From NCBI GenBank assembly GCA_965112155.1, contig OZ218111.1: a stretch of 64,000 nucleotides of DNA, one strand, 5' to 3'. The notes under the pieces were generated by a model. The model did no database searches and had not been told where the DNA came from. It was given only the letters and a program-made list of their open reading frames with translations. Origin of the DNA: Podarcis liolepis (lineage: Eukaryota). Positions 1 to 11,090 of the stretch are shown here, piece by piece. Numbering within the stretch: the first letter of the stretch is position 1; every line of letters starts with the position of its first letter. The translations under genes and the position numbers were made by a program.

Positions 1-528
1 TAAATATGTCCAGGTTGCTCGCTGGGGCAAGGCAGTTTGAGCATATTACGCTAATCCTGGTGCAACTGCACTGGCTGCCAATTAGTTTCCAGGCCCAATT
101 CAAAGTGTTGGTTTTAACCTATAAAGCTTTAAATGGCTCAGGACCGCCTCTCCCCTTGTGAACTGACTCAGATCCTGCAATCACCATCTGAGGCCCATCT
201 TCATGTGAGGTCCAGAGGGTGGCAACACAAGAACGAGCCTTTTCTTTGGTGGCTCCCCATTAGTGGAATTCTCTCCCTCGGGAGGCTTGACTAGCGCCTA
301 CATTACAGATCTTTAGGCGCTAGGCAAAAACATTTCTCTTTAACTGGGCCTTTGGCTTATTAACATTCTATGCCCTTTTAAATGTCTTTTGGAAGGGGGA
401 ATTATTGGTTTGTTCTTGTTTTTTTATTATGTATTTTGTGTTCTCATTTTGTATCTTTATGTTGTGAACCGCCCTATGATTTTCGGATGAAGGGTGATAT
501 ACAAATTTAATAAAAAAATAATAAATAA
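1..528 (+). mobile_element. L2 LINE 3' end
   Basis: Encodes LHWLPISFQAQFKVLVLTYKALNG (L2 ORF2 C-terminal motif); ends in an (AAT)-rich tail. Confidence 0.8.
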
Positions 529-545
529 GCTGTACTCCGACTTAC

Positions 546-687
546 AGGTTTTTAGGTCAGGCAGCTCAGGTGATGTTGGTAGGGAAAGGAGAGAAGGGGT
601 CTTTGCAGCAATTGATTCATCAGTAAGAGGTGATTTGCTCTGATCCCCACTCAAATCTGATGAAGTTTCAGCACCTACAGGAGCCTC
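546..687 (-). CDS. IQCK: IQCK coding exon 3 (EAPVGAETSSDLSGDQ...PELPDLKT-C); gene continues left of window
   Basis: Acceptor ttttaag|GAG; donor T|GTAAGT; 142 nt open in phase 0->1; ends resemble recalled human VAPV... and ..NPKTC. Confidence 0.75.
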
Positions 688-1115
688 CTTAAAATCAAAT
701 TTAATAATATAAATACCCTGGCATAATTACAAAAAAAACCCACAAAAACACATTTTTAACAAGCTGATCCCAAAAAGGAACCCAGACTCAAAGCATAGCC
801 TGGAGCTAGTGAAGTGCAGTGAACAGAATGTTATAAATGGAAAGGAGATCCAGATCCAAATAAATCCCCACTTATTCATTTTAAATTTGTATCACACTCT
901 TCTTTCTAGAAGAGCCTAGGGTAGCAAACATAAATGTTAAAGCAGTACAATTTAATATAGAATAAAGCACTTTTAAATCATTCAAAAACAACTTAAAACC
1001 ATCTAAAACTTTTAGAGCATCAGAGCATCTAAACACATTTTAAAACAGTAGTATATATATTTCATGGCTGTAATGGCCGATATCTCATAGCCATCAAATG
1101 CCTGGACAAACAGAA

Positions 1116-1354
1116 ATCATAGAACTGCAGAGTTGGAAGGGGCTCTGAGTATCATCTAGTCCAACCCCCTGCAGGAACAGGCAGGTGTCTCATATGGGGT
1201 TCAAATCTGCAACCTTGGTACAGTGGTGCCTCGCAAGACGAAATTAATTCGTTCCGCAAGTCTCTTCGTCTTGCGGGTTTTCCGTCTTGCGAGGCATTCG
1301 TCTTGCGGGGTACCACTGTATTATTACCACCATGCTCTAACTAACTGAAATACC
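1116..1354 (-). mobile_element. tRNA-derived SINE with CR1-type tail, split by a MITE
   Basis: Tail atcatagaactgcagagttggaaggg; tRNA head continues after 1320. Confidence 0.65.
1221..1318. mobile_element. Tc1/mariner-type MITE (short form)
   Basis: TIR CAGTGGT(G/A)CC(T/C)CGCAAGACGAA, TA TSD. Confidence 0.85.
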
Positions 1355-1674
1355 TAAGAATGTTTAAAATTTTCTCTTGAAAGTCAATGAGGGAGGCAGA
1401 CGCATCTCACCAGGAAGCACATTAAAAAAGAAAAGAAAAAGGAACCACCCCCAAGAAGGCCATGTCATCGGGTCTGTGCCAATTGGGCGGTAGCTGGAGA
1501 CAGCAACAACAACAGGGTCCCCCCTGCCAATAGGAGATCCCTATTGGCTTTACATAACTTCAATTTCCAGAGTTCCCTAAAAAGAGGGACTGATTGTTAA
1601 AACCACTTTGGGAACTGTAACTCTGCAAGGGGAATAGGGGTATCCTAACAACTATCAGCACCTATAACAAATTA

Positions 1675-1891
1675 CAGTGGTACCTCAGGTTAAGAACTTA
1701 ATTCATTCTGGGGGTCTGTTCTTAACCTGAGGTACCACTTTAGCTAACGGGGTCTCCCACTGCCGCCGGAGCACAATTTCTGTTCTCATACTGAAGCAAA
1801 GTTCTTAACCCAAGGTACTATTTCTGGGTTAGCAGAGTCTGTAACCTAAAGCGTCTGTAACCTGAAGCGTCTGTAACCCGAGGTACCACTG
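1675..1891. mobile_element. Tc1/mariner-type MITE (CAGTGGTACCTC family), nested in an older palindromic MITE (~1535-1925)
   Basis: TIRs and TA TSD; same family at 14489, 27516, 50977. Confidence 0.85.
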
Positions 1892-2464
1892 TATACATCT
1901 CTGGATTACTGGGGGGAAGGCATGATTCTGCAGAGATCTCCAGTCTCTACCTGCATTCATGGCAGAGATTCAAATGATATGAACAAATGGAAACATCAAG
2001 TCCTTCAACCTTGTTTCCCCACCCCACCCCGCTTCCTTCATCCTTTTGATCAAGAAGGATTTGCTCAGAGGATGAAATCCATGCATATTTCCACATGATG
2101 CTGATTTGTAAAGAGGATGTTGCCAGGTGAAGTGGAGAACAACGCTGTGCAAAACAGTACCTGCTACTTAGTATTAGACGAATACCTGGGATTTGTCCCT
2201 ACAATGAAATCTGCAAAATAAGGAATATTCAGGAAGATAAGAAGAACTGGGACACATCAAACGGACAGTCTATGTCTAGTTTAGCCTCTCATTTCCTACA
2301 GGGAGCCCAGACGCAGGACATGAGGGCAGCCGCCAATCCCCATCTTTTGTTCCGCCACAGCCTCTATTTGGTGATACAGTGCCTTTGAAGCTGGAGGATC
2401 GACACCAAGGGAGAGGAACTGAATCCATACAGAATTGGAGACATTTCAGCTGAGGGGAAAAGCA

Positions 2465-2637
2465 AACCAGAGGTGACATGATAGAAGTTTAGAAAATTAG
2501 ACATGGCAAGGAGAAAGTGGGTAGAGGGGGGGGGTCTTACTTTCTCCTAACACCAGGACGCATGGACATCCAAATGAAGCTGAATGTCTAAAGATACAGG
2601 ATGGATAACAAACAAAAAGTGCTTCTTCACACAGCAA
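2465..2637 (+). mobile_element. CR1 LINE fragment
   Basis: RGDMIEV-KI and ..ttcttcacacagc, typical CR1 ORF2 3' region. Confidence 0.65.
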
Positions 2638-2647
2638 TTGTCTTTAC

Positions 2648-2742
2648 CTGGGAAGTAACTACAGGCTCCTGCTTAGGTTCAGGCGCAACCTCCCTCTTCT
2701 GGTCCAAAGTGTCAGGATGGGGAGGCTGCATTGCTTCAAATT
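2648..2742 (-). CDS. IQCK: IQCK coding exon 2 (-EFEAMQPPHPDTLDQKREVAPEPKQEPVVTSQ)
   Basis: Acceptor ctttctccccctccccag; donor CAG|GTAAAG; 95 nt fits phase 1->0; resembles recalled human EYEAEQPPFPE..KQEPVIT. Confidence 0.88.
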
Positions 2743-2807
2743 CTGGGGAGGGGGAGAAAGAAAAGGAAAGGGGGGGGTGAAAGTGTCAGGTTTTCGTTGC
2801 TCCTCGG

Positions 2808-3124
2808 CAGTGCCGGATTTCCGTATAAGCTAAAAAAGCTATAGCTTAGGGCCCCACTCTCTTGGGGGGGCCCAAAAAAATTTAAAGAGGGGGGACTGGA
2901 TGTAGATTTCCAAAGTATAAGATAAAAAACAAAACAAATAAAACCTACATACAGCAACAGTGTTTTGTGTTGTGTATGGCCTTTTAGGTCCAGAAATTAC
3001 CATATAGCATATATTCAACACAAAAAACAGCGACAATTTGTTGTTGACAAAGGATAGCAGGACATTTAAAGGGCCCCTTTACCTTCAGTATATTAGGGCC
3101 TCATCAAACCTAAATGCGGCCCTG
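2808..3124. mobile_element. hAT-type non-autonomous element in IQCK intron 1
   Basis: TIR CAGTGCCGGATTT / AAATGCGGCCCTG; 8-bp TSD CTCCTCGG/CTCCTAGA (6/8). Confidence 0.75.
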
Positions 3125-3236
3125 CTCCTAGAGAAGGTCTGGATAGATCACGCCCCCAATTTGGACCCAGGCATTTGCCGAAGATGCGGGCAAAAGGGGG
3201 GCAACGCGGGGGGGAGGGGAGAGGAGGGTCTCCCAC

Positions 3237-3282
3237 CTGCGCAGATTTGCTCCCAGAGGTTGGGGGCCGGGAGTTCCTCCAT
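3237..3282 (-). CDS. IQCK: IQCK coding exon 1 (MEELPAPNLWEQICA-)
   Basis: ATG in gctATGG context; in-frame TAG upstream; NLWEQIC matches recalled human IQCK; donor G|GTGGGA, phase 1; head-to-head with KNOP1 as in human. Confidence 0.88.
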
Positions 3283-3450
3283 AGCAGCCGCAGCAGGAGG
3301 AGGAAAGGGGAGCGGTTGCTAGGCAACCTCAAAGCTGCGGGCGCCCGGCGGCGGTTTCCCCGCTAGGCCGCGGCGCCTGTTTTCCTTTCCGGGTCAGGCC
3401 GAGCGAGGCGAAGTGTTTTCGCGGCTTTCGAAGAAGCGGCGCCCAGGTAG
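3283..3450. promoter_or_regulatory. CpG-island bidirectional promoter of IQCK(-)/KNOP1(+)
   Basis: GC/CpG-rich region ~3150-3720; X-box GTTGCTAGGCAAC 3315-3327; TCCTTTCC 3383-3390 overlapping TTCCGG; TTTTCGCGGC 3416-3425. Confidence 0.8.
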
Positions 3451-3522
3451 GGGAGGGAAGGAGCTGGGGTCGTAGGAGGAGGCAGACAGGCCAACGGGCC
3501 CCGCTTTCCTTCCTCAGGACAG
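3385..3522 (+). other. KNOP1: Probable non-coding exon 1 of KNOP1 (donor after 3446 or 3522)
   Basis: No ATG; donors CAG|GTAGGG (3446) and CAG|GTGAGT (3522) inside the CpG island; start position is inferred. Confidence 0.55.
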
Positions 3523-3967
3523 GTGAGTGGCGGTGGGGGTGGGTGGGAGAAGGCTAGAGGGAGGGGTCGGTTTCTGTGGGGTGAGGGGAGGCTTTGGCTT
3601 CCGTAGGGCTGGGAGGCCCGTGACCCCCAAGCAGCGGTGGGGGGGGACGACAACTGCGGCCTTCCAGATGCTGACGGCCTCCCGGCTCTCCTCACTCCCA
3701 GGCCGCGTGGCTCATGGCTGAGGCTGCCGTGGGAGGAGTTGGGAGTCCAGCAAGATCAGGAGAGTCCTGATGTCCATGTCATTAAGTTTCATTTATTTTT
3801 TTATACCGTCCTTCATCCGAGGGTCTCAAGGCGGCAGAAAAAGCAACAACAACGCAGGAATACGTAACGTAATAAACAAAATAATCACACGCACACACAT
3901 TTTTTTTGAAAGGCCACAGGTGGTTTAAATAGCCAAAGGCCTGGGAGAAGAGAAACATTTTCACCTG

Positions 3968-4300
3968 ATCAGAATCAGAAGAATCTTTATTTTGCATCAG
4001 CCACTAGTCATAGCAATAAAATAAAATAAAACATACTGACGAGAGTGGTGAAAGCTTAACTATAAAAAATACATTTTGGGGGAGGTTACATCAATAATCA
4101 AATAATAGACCTTATTCTAATTGCCCGCGCTAAAAACCTTGCAGTTTTTGCTGTCAGCTGATCATCTTGATCTGCTAAAAGAAAGGGGACAGTAGCAGTG
4201 GTTGGGCAACCCAGCGTAGACAATAATAGAGGGGTAATAACCTCAAATCTTTTTATAAAGAGTGCAAGCCAGAAGCATATGAGCCACTGACTCAATTCTG
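3968..4300 (-). mobile_element. Non-LTR retrotransposon 3' end (RTE-X-like, tentative) inserted in an L2 fragment
   Basis: Minus strand reads IESVAHMLLACTLY (end of CCHC knuckle) ...FLLADQD...ARFLARAIRIR*, then AATAAA and a repeat tail; L2 sequence resumes on both sides. Confidence 0.55.
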
Positions 4301-5817
4301 CACACCTAAAGAGATGCAACAGTATGGTTTTAAAACAAAGTATGGTTTTAAAAGCATGGTCATGATTTATTTACTTTTCAATTTTATTGTTTTGTCTTTT
4401 TGTAAACAGCTTTAAAAAGAACGAACAAGCAGTGTATAAATTGTATGAAAAATAAATAAGCCTCTGTACAGAGCAACTACAGAAAAGACTTGTTCTTCTG
4501 TTGCCGCTCCTGGTTTGAGACCAGGATACCTAAAAGATTGTCACACCCCATATATGCCCAGCCAGCCACTGTGCTCTTCAGAAGAGGGTCTCATGCAGGT
4601 ATGATCTTTACAGGAGGTCCGTCCCACAGGGCCTTTAGCGTGGTGGCATCCCCCCTTTTGAACTCTCTGCCATTAACTACTAGGCAAGTGCTGCCTCTGA
4701 TGTCTTTTTGGCATCTGTTGTCTTGTTGACCATCCAACAAGCCTTTTAAATTGAGGTCCTTATTCCAGCCTGCATCTGAACTATTTTTACTTGTGTTTGG
4801 TTTTTTTAATACGAAGTTGTTTTTAATTGTTTTCTGTGTGGAACTGTTTTTGATTATCTTTACACTTGCATAGGGTTGTAACTGTTTTATTTGATTTATA
4901 ATTACACAATTTATTGCTGTAAGTCACCTTGTGGTGAAGGAAAAGGAAGAAATCTTACCTAATAAATAAGGGTGGGAACGCATATTGTTTGTCCACATGG
5001 AGATGTGTCATAAGATGGGGGGAAAGAGACCCAATATGTATGAAGTGTTCGTGAATATGTGCCTTTAACACTATACCTTCCTGTCTGACTCCTTTTGCAC
5101 TGTTAAATATAAGAGCACAGGAGGAGCCATGCTGGATCAGTCCAAGTGCCCAACTATCATAGAACTGTAGGGTTGGAAGGCATCTTATATTTACAGCAGC
5201 CATTTGGATGCCTATGGCAAGCAGGACATGAGAGTAAAAACACTTCTGTTGTTGTCACCTCAGATATGGTCATTCAGAGGCCTGTTGCCTCTGATTCTGC
5301 ATATAGTACATACAGAAATCATGACTAGTTGCCATTGACCACCTTATCGTTCATGAAATTGCATAATTCCCATTTAAAGCTCTCTAATTTGGCGGCATGC
5401 CCACAGTCCGCTGTAACAAAGAATGTCACTGGAATTGCTTGCAATGAAGGACAGTGCTACTTATTTAACTTATTTAAGGGTGTAGAGATCATCTACTTCC
5501 CCTGCAGCAGAAAATGTGTCAAGCATGGAAATAGCTGCCAAAAAAGAGAGACCATGTCTCAAGTTGCTGATAAATTATTAGTAGCTTAATGTGTTTCAGC
5601 AGAAAAGCATTGTTCTTCTCATGGGAGAAGGGAGAGGGGAACACACAAACCTGGAGGGAGGCTAAGCTTGTTCACATCTTGCTAAACTATAATGATACCA
5701 CTGTGGTAAGTTACTACTTGGTAAATGGGTGTCTGCTTTTTGTTTTTCAGAATAGTCATAAAGGATGCAAGGAACAAAACTGATAGATCTGTGCAGATAA
5801 ATAATAAAGTTAACGCT

Positions 5818-7044
5818 ATGGTTAGAAACCAGGCAGTTGTTATAACAGAAGAAAATGGCTATTATGATTTACAAACCAAAGTCAAGGCAAAGAAAAAGAA
5901 GCGCTTGGTAAATGGAGAGTGTTCAGATCAGATAGATTCAATGAAGAAAAATGCTTCCAAACTGAAGAGCAAAGGTTGTACAAACCTTCCTATTGTTATA
6001 GAAAGCAGTTCAGATTCAGAATTATTAAAAGAAACTGATGAAATGCCTAAGAAGCTCAAGAGAAAAGGAACGCAAAGATTTTCTTGTAATCAAGATGGTG
6101 ATTGTGAGATTTCTAGTAAAGAGCTGCCAATAGAACAGCAGGAAGCCCCTTTTTTCATTAGTAAGAAACGCAAAAGGGATATTCCAGACAGTGATGGAGT
6201 TGGTGATGGATTTCCTGCAAAGAAAAAGAAGAAAAAGAAAAAACACAAACCTGTTCAATGTGTAATACAACTTAGTGGAGAAGATGAGGATGAGCCTGTA
6301 AAACACGTCTCCAAAAAACAAAAAACCATTTCCCAGGAGACAATGTTTCATGACGGAAAAAAGACTCAGACTCTTGCCCGAAATGCTGCAGGTGACAAGG
6401 ATATTGTAAAGGGGGGGAAAGTTTGCTGTTTAAAAGAAAAAGGTATTGCCAACACTGTACACCAGTTAGAAGAAGAATTTGGTTGCAAGAGGAGAGCTCT
6501 TGGTTTTCAACAGCATCTAGAGGGCACAGCCAATGTATCAGAAGAAGAAGGCAAAGTAATGAAGAAGAAGAGGAAGAAAAAGAAAAGAAAGCAACCTCTT
6601 CTGACATCAGAGGATAACCAGGAAAATCAGTCTTGTGTTTCTATTGAAAGCCAACCAAAACAAAAATCTAAAACAAAGCCAAGCAATGGCAAGGAGAAAA
6701 CAGGTCTGATCTCAAACTCTGAACAAGACAACAAAGTGAAGAAGAAGAAGAAAATGAAGAAGAGGAAAACCCAAACCAAAGTTGCAAGCGATCATCCAGC
6801 TCTCTTGGAAAATGATGGAGATGTGGCTACAAATGAGAGCTGGTCAGCAACAAAGAGGACTAAGAACGCCCCCAAATCCAAAAAGGCACAAGACCATGTA
6901 GTGAGCTCGGAAGATGGCAGATCTGAAAATGACAGCAGGCAGCACATCAAGAAGAAAAAGAAGAAGGACTGGGAGAACAGAGACTCCAAAGCCTGTGAAG
7001 AAGAGCCCAGTTTCAAGAAAGCAAAGATTAAACAAGAAGCAAAG
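5818..7044 (+). CDS. KNOP1: KNOP1 first coding exon (exon starts 5751; first in-frame ATG 5818), lysine-rich low-complexity region
   Basis: Long Lys/Glu-rich ORF with poly-K tracts; acceptor tttttcag|A at 5750/5751; donor AAG|GTAGCG, phase 0. Start codon uncertain. Confidence 0.88.
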
Positions 7045-7199
7045 GTAGCGTCTAAATAGAACTTGCTATTTGCCATTTCTTATGCAGTTTGTTTTTATCC
7101 CACCTGTCCTCCAGTAAGGTCAGAGTGTCATGTGTGATTCTGCTTCCCTCTCCCTTGCCCTCCCCTGCCCCCATTTTAGCATCACGAGTGCCCGATGGG

Positions 7200-7570
7200 A
7201 TAATAATAATAATAAATTTTATTTATACCCTGCCCTCCCCAGCCAATACCAGGCTCAGGGTGACTAACAACCAATAATAAAAACAAGTTGATTAAAATAC
7301 AATTTAAAAACAAGATTAAAATGCTACATTAAAACATTAAGATGCAGCCTCTTCACAGGAGGAGAAAGGAAAAAAGAAAGAGGGGGAGAGAATCAAATCG
7401 ATTCTAAGCCAAAGGCCAGGTGGAACAACTCTGTCTTACAGGCCCTGTGGAAAGAAATCCAATCCTGCAGGGTCCTGGTCTCATGAGGCAGAGCGTTCCA
7501 CCAGGCCGGAGCCAGTGTTGAGGCTCTGGTTGAGGCTAATTTAACTTCCTTAGGGCCCGGGACCTCTAGG
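7200..7570 (-). mobile_element. L2 LINE 3' end
   Basis: Reverse-complement relative of 51296-51757; (TAA)n tail. Confidence 0.7.
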
Positions 7571-7634
7571 TAGGTTGGGTTGGGCTGGAAAAGTGTAGCT
7601 CACCCAAAATTCATGGCTGAATGAGAACTTGAAA

Positions 7635-7840
7635 CTTTTAGCATTCTTTGAGAATGTCAGTAAGCATGTAAGTAGGGGTGACCCAGTGAACATTGTGTCT
7701 TTAAATTTTTGAAAACCTTTTGTCATAAAGCTCCTCACCAAAAACTTTTGGGATAAGAGGATAGGATCAATACACTTGGAAGCAGAGAGTAGAAATAAAT
7801 ACACAGTTCTTACCATGGAGGAATGTAAGAAGTGGGGATT
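7635..7840 (+). mobile_element. Degenerate CR1 reverse transcriptase fragment
   Basis: FFENVSKHVSRGDPVNIVSLNF*K..KAPHQKLL..KQRVEINTQFLPWRNVRSG, matching the CR1 pattern VD.VYLDF.KAFDKVPH..RKQRV.ING.FS.W..V.SG. Confidence 0.75.
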
Positions 7841-8417
7841 TCATGTTTGAGTGGGGATTTGAACCCCTGTCTTTCAGGTCCTAGTCTGATGTTCCAAGCA
7901 CTATGCCACACAGGTTCTTTGGGGCGGTTATGACCTCTCCTTTCAGTTATCTGTTCTTTCTCTACTACCACAATAATGTGGTGATACCCACCAATTTGGA
8001 CAGCCTTAAAGGGGGATCAGTTTGTGAAGGATAAGACTGTTGGTGACTAATAGCCATATGATAGCTTTCTTGCTTCCAATATCAGAGGTGGTATGCATTC
8101 AGACACCAGTTGCTGGAGATCACAACTGTGAGGGTGTTTTTTGTACTCCTGTTTGTGGACTTCCCGTCGCCATATTTTTGGCCACTGGGGGAACAGAATG
8201 TTGTGCTAGATGAGCTTTGGGTCTGATCTTATCTTGGCCATGGCTACCAGTAACGTCATGAAAAGATGGCAGGGCTCCAATAGCCACTCAGTGCTATTCC
8301 TTTAATCTTCCATTTTTATACCATTTTTTGGGAGTAATGTGGAATCCTAACCATATCACACTTAAACATGAGCGGGTTTTCCCGGTGATACTCAAAATGT
8401 GTACTCTTGTTTTTCAG

Positions 8418-8486
8418 GAAGGGGATGAAGAAATAAAAGTGGTGGCGTTTAAGAAAGGAAACTGTGACGAAATACAAATAGACAAG
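8418..8486 (+). CDS. KNOP1: KNOP1 exon (EGDEEIKVVAFKKGNCDEIQIDK)
   Basis: ttttcag acceptor, AAG|GTACAA donor, 69 nt; resembles recalled human LEVVLEKKGNMDEAHIDQ. Confidence 0.93.
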
Positions 8487-9952
8487 GTACAACCTTATTC
8501 TTTTGTGGCTCTTTTGGAGTCTTATTGTGTCACATATTAGGCTGATTTGGATAATGTTCTGTGTTTGGCTCACATGGACTTAGTGAAGCAGGATCTCGTC
8601 TGCATGTCCTGCCTTCTCAGGATGCCCATCTTGGGCTATGCCAGACTTTTATGTGCTGCTTCCCAGTTAGTGACTATGTGGCTTTTGGGTTAGTGATTAT
8701 GTGGCTCAGACTTATGTAGGTTGTGGATTATGCTCCTAGTCATTATCACTTGATTTATATACCACATTTTCCACAAGAACATCTGTGTTTAAAGCATTTC
8801 ACATACAAAACAGTCACTGATTGATCAACCGTAGTTTAGACAATCAAACTGTGATGAGTTTTGGGCTCACACGGTCCCCTCTTCCACTTCTCGTACAAAG
8901 ATGGAAGAGTGGGAAGCGAGAGCATGCAGCCTCAGAGTTGACACAGCTTGTTCCCACCAGTCACGTATAACCCATAAACTGTAGTTTAATCAGTCATCTG
9001 AACCAAGGTGTTGTTTGGGCAACTCCAGTGTGAGAGAAGTGGCGGTTTTAGGATAAGATTGAATGATCCTCTGTAAATTGAGAACTGCATCAAGAAGGGG
9101 GCCTGTTATCTAGCAGATAATTGTGTTTCACGACTCTAACCATGGAAGGACTCAGTTTCAGGCACCACCTGCAGTTCTGCTGCTTTGGCCACCTATTCTC
9201 GCTCTGTGGTAGTTCTGTAATTCTGGGCACAGCATCAGATGTGCAAAGCCAGCCTGACTCCCCAAGTGCTGGATTCAAATGTGTCGGTCCTTTGTGAATG
9301 AGATGAGCTTAGAAGTCCTGAGGCTTTCAGATTTGTCCTCTCCCCACCTCCACCTGCTCTTCTTTTCTTGTTTCCTGGTCTTCCTGATAAGCCCCCTTTG
9401 TTTTGTCAAGCTTACTTGCACTTTTTTTAATGGCAACAGGCACCTACTTTAGAACAGGAGAGTGGTATTTCAATCACTCTGGAAATGCATCCAGGAGGCA
9501 CTGGGAAGGTTGCCCATCTCTGATGCAAGGGAATTTTGAAACTGGAGTAGCTGGCTGGGGAGGGCAACTGGATAATGCCAAAAGGGTTCAAAATGTCTGA
9601 TTGTTTCCAAGGGTGTTTTATCATCCCTCCTTCATTGCCACTCTTTTCCATCTACACAGTTTGAGGTCATCCACTACCTGCAGTGTTCTCAGAGCCAAGT
9701 AAATGCAGCCTCCCAGTCTGTAAAACATTCTTTCTCTGCATTTGTGTATTTTGAGAACTGCTTGTCTTGCAGATGCTTTTTACCTTCGCAAATTCTTGTA
9801 TGCGTAAAAGGGTTGAAATTGTGCCTTTTCTTTCCTGCAAGTAACATTTTGGCCACTTCTCCCCTCAACATTGTGACGTTTCTAACCAGTTTTACAATCA
9901 AACAATATTTTTTTGCCCTCATGCACATATTTCCCCTATTTTTCCATGCCAG

Positions 9953-10030
9953 TTGAGACGGCAGGCTCTCCAGGAAGAGATTGACAGGGAATCTGGCAAA
10001 ATGAAGACTGTCAAGGAAGAGGGAGAATCG
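9953..10030 (+). CDS. KNOP1: KNOP1 exon (LRRQALQEEIDRESGKMKTVKEEGES)
   Basis: AG acceptor 9951-9952, donor GTAAGC, 78 nt; RRxALQEEIDRESGK as in recalled human KNOP1. Confidence 0.94.
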
Positions 10031-10956
10031 GTAAGCACAAGCTCTGCAAGAGCCCAGGTAGCAAAGACAAAGCAGCCCTCCCCTGTGGTTGGCTTGCGAT
10101 GCTAGTCATGTCTGTGGTTTGGCACGCCAATCTCTCATCTGATTAGAAACTTGAGGTCATGCTGTAGAACAAATGAGTCCAGTCTTTAGAGATGCTGAAA
10201 CCAGAGCACTCTGACCTCCAGAAAACTGTGATTCCAGTTGTTAATCCTGAAAAATAGCATTTTTGCTCCAATAGTCCCTTAATGGAATTAGTTGTGATAT
10301 CTTTGCTGTAGAATTTTTGTGTGTTTGTTTGTTTCTATTTGCTGTGGAATATAAATAACACTAGCCCTTGGACATAGCTGTCACGCTCTGATTAGCACTG
10401 CCATGTTTCTTTTCTCCATGACTGCAAAAGATGACCAGTCAGAGGTAGAGAATCTGAGGGAGCCTACCTTTTCCCTGCATTTAGTGGACTGCACCATCTA
10501 ATACTCTTAACTGCAGGAGGCAGTTGCCCCCTTTGAAGAATGTGGTCCCCAAATCCCTGGCGGAAATGAGCTAGCCTGTCTTGGGAGCTGGAGTAATGGC
10601 ACGATTGAAGTTCTCTGTGTTTGCTGACTTAGATGGGGAAATTGAGTCTTCAGTTGCCAAGAGGGGGTGTTAAAAGGTTTCTGTACTTTAGGTGAATAGG
10701 CCATCTTGGGTATCGATTGGCATCTGCTCACATTAGAAGTCCAGCTGTCTCAAAGGGCCACTTCATACATGACAGATTTCCTCTCTGAATTATCACTTCT
10801 GTGTAAAAGCATAAGAAGAGCCTCTGTTGGATCAGGCCAGTGGCCCAACTGATCCAGCATCCTGCTCTCTCAATGGCCACATTCAGATGCCTATTGGAAC
10901 CATGCAAGCAGGAGCTGAACTGCACTCTCCCCATTTGTGATTCCCACTAACTGATA

Positions 10957-11090
10957 TTCTTACATCCCTCCATGATAAGAACTGTGTATTTATTTCTACT
11001 CTCTGCTTCCAAGTGTATTGATCCTATCCTCTTATCCCAAAACTTTTTGGTGAGGAGCTTTATGACAAAAGGTTTTCAGAAATTTAAAGA
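10957..11090 (-). repeat. Inverted copy of 7698-7831 (134 bp, 4 mismatches)
   Basis: Direct base-by-base comparison. Confidence 0.95.

Noticed and set aside
5725-5750. ATG at 5725 as KNOP1 start
   Set aside because: It lies just upstream of the exon 2 polypyrimidine tract and acceptor, so it is intronic (MGVCFLFFR).
10957-11090. Duplicated small protein (MVRTVYLF...) or intronic H/ACA snoRNA
   Set aside because: It is the antisense of a decayed CR1 RT; no clear H/ACA boxes; the two copies are in opposite orientations.
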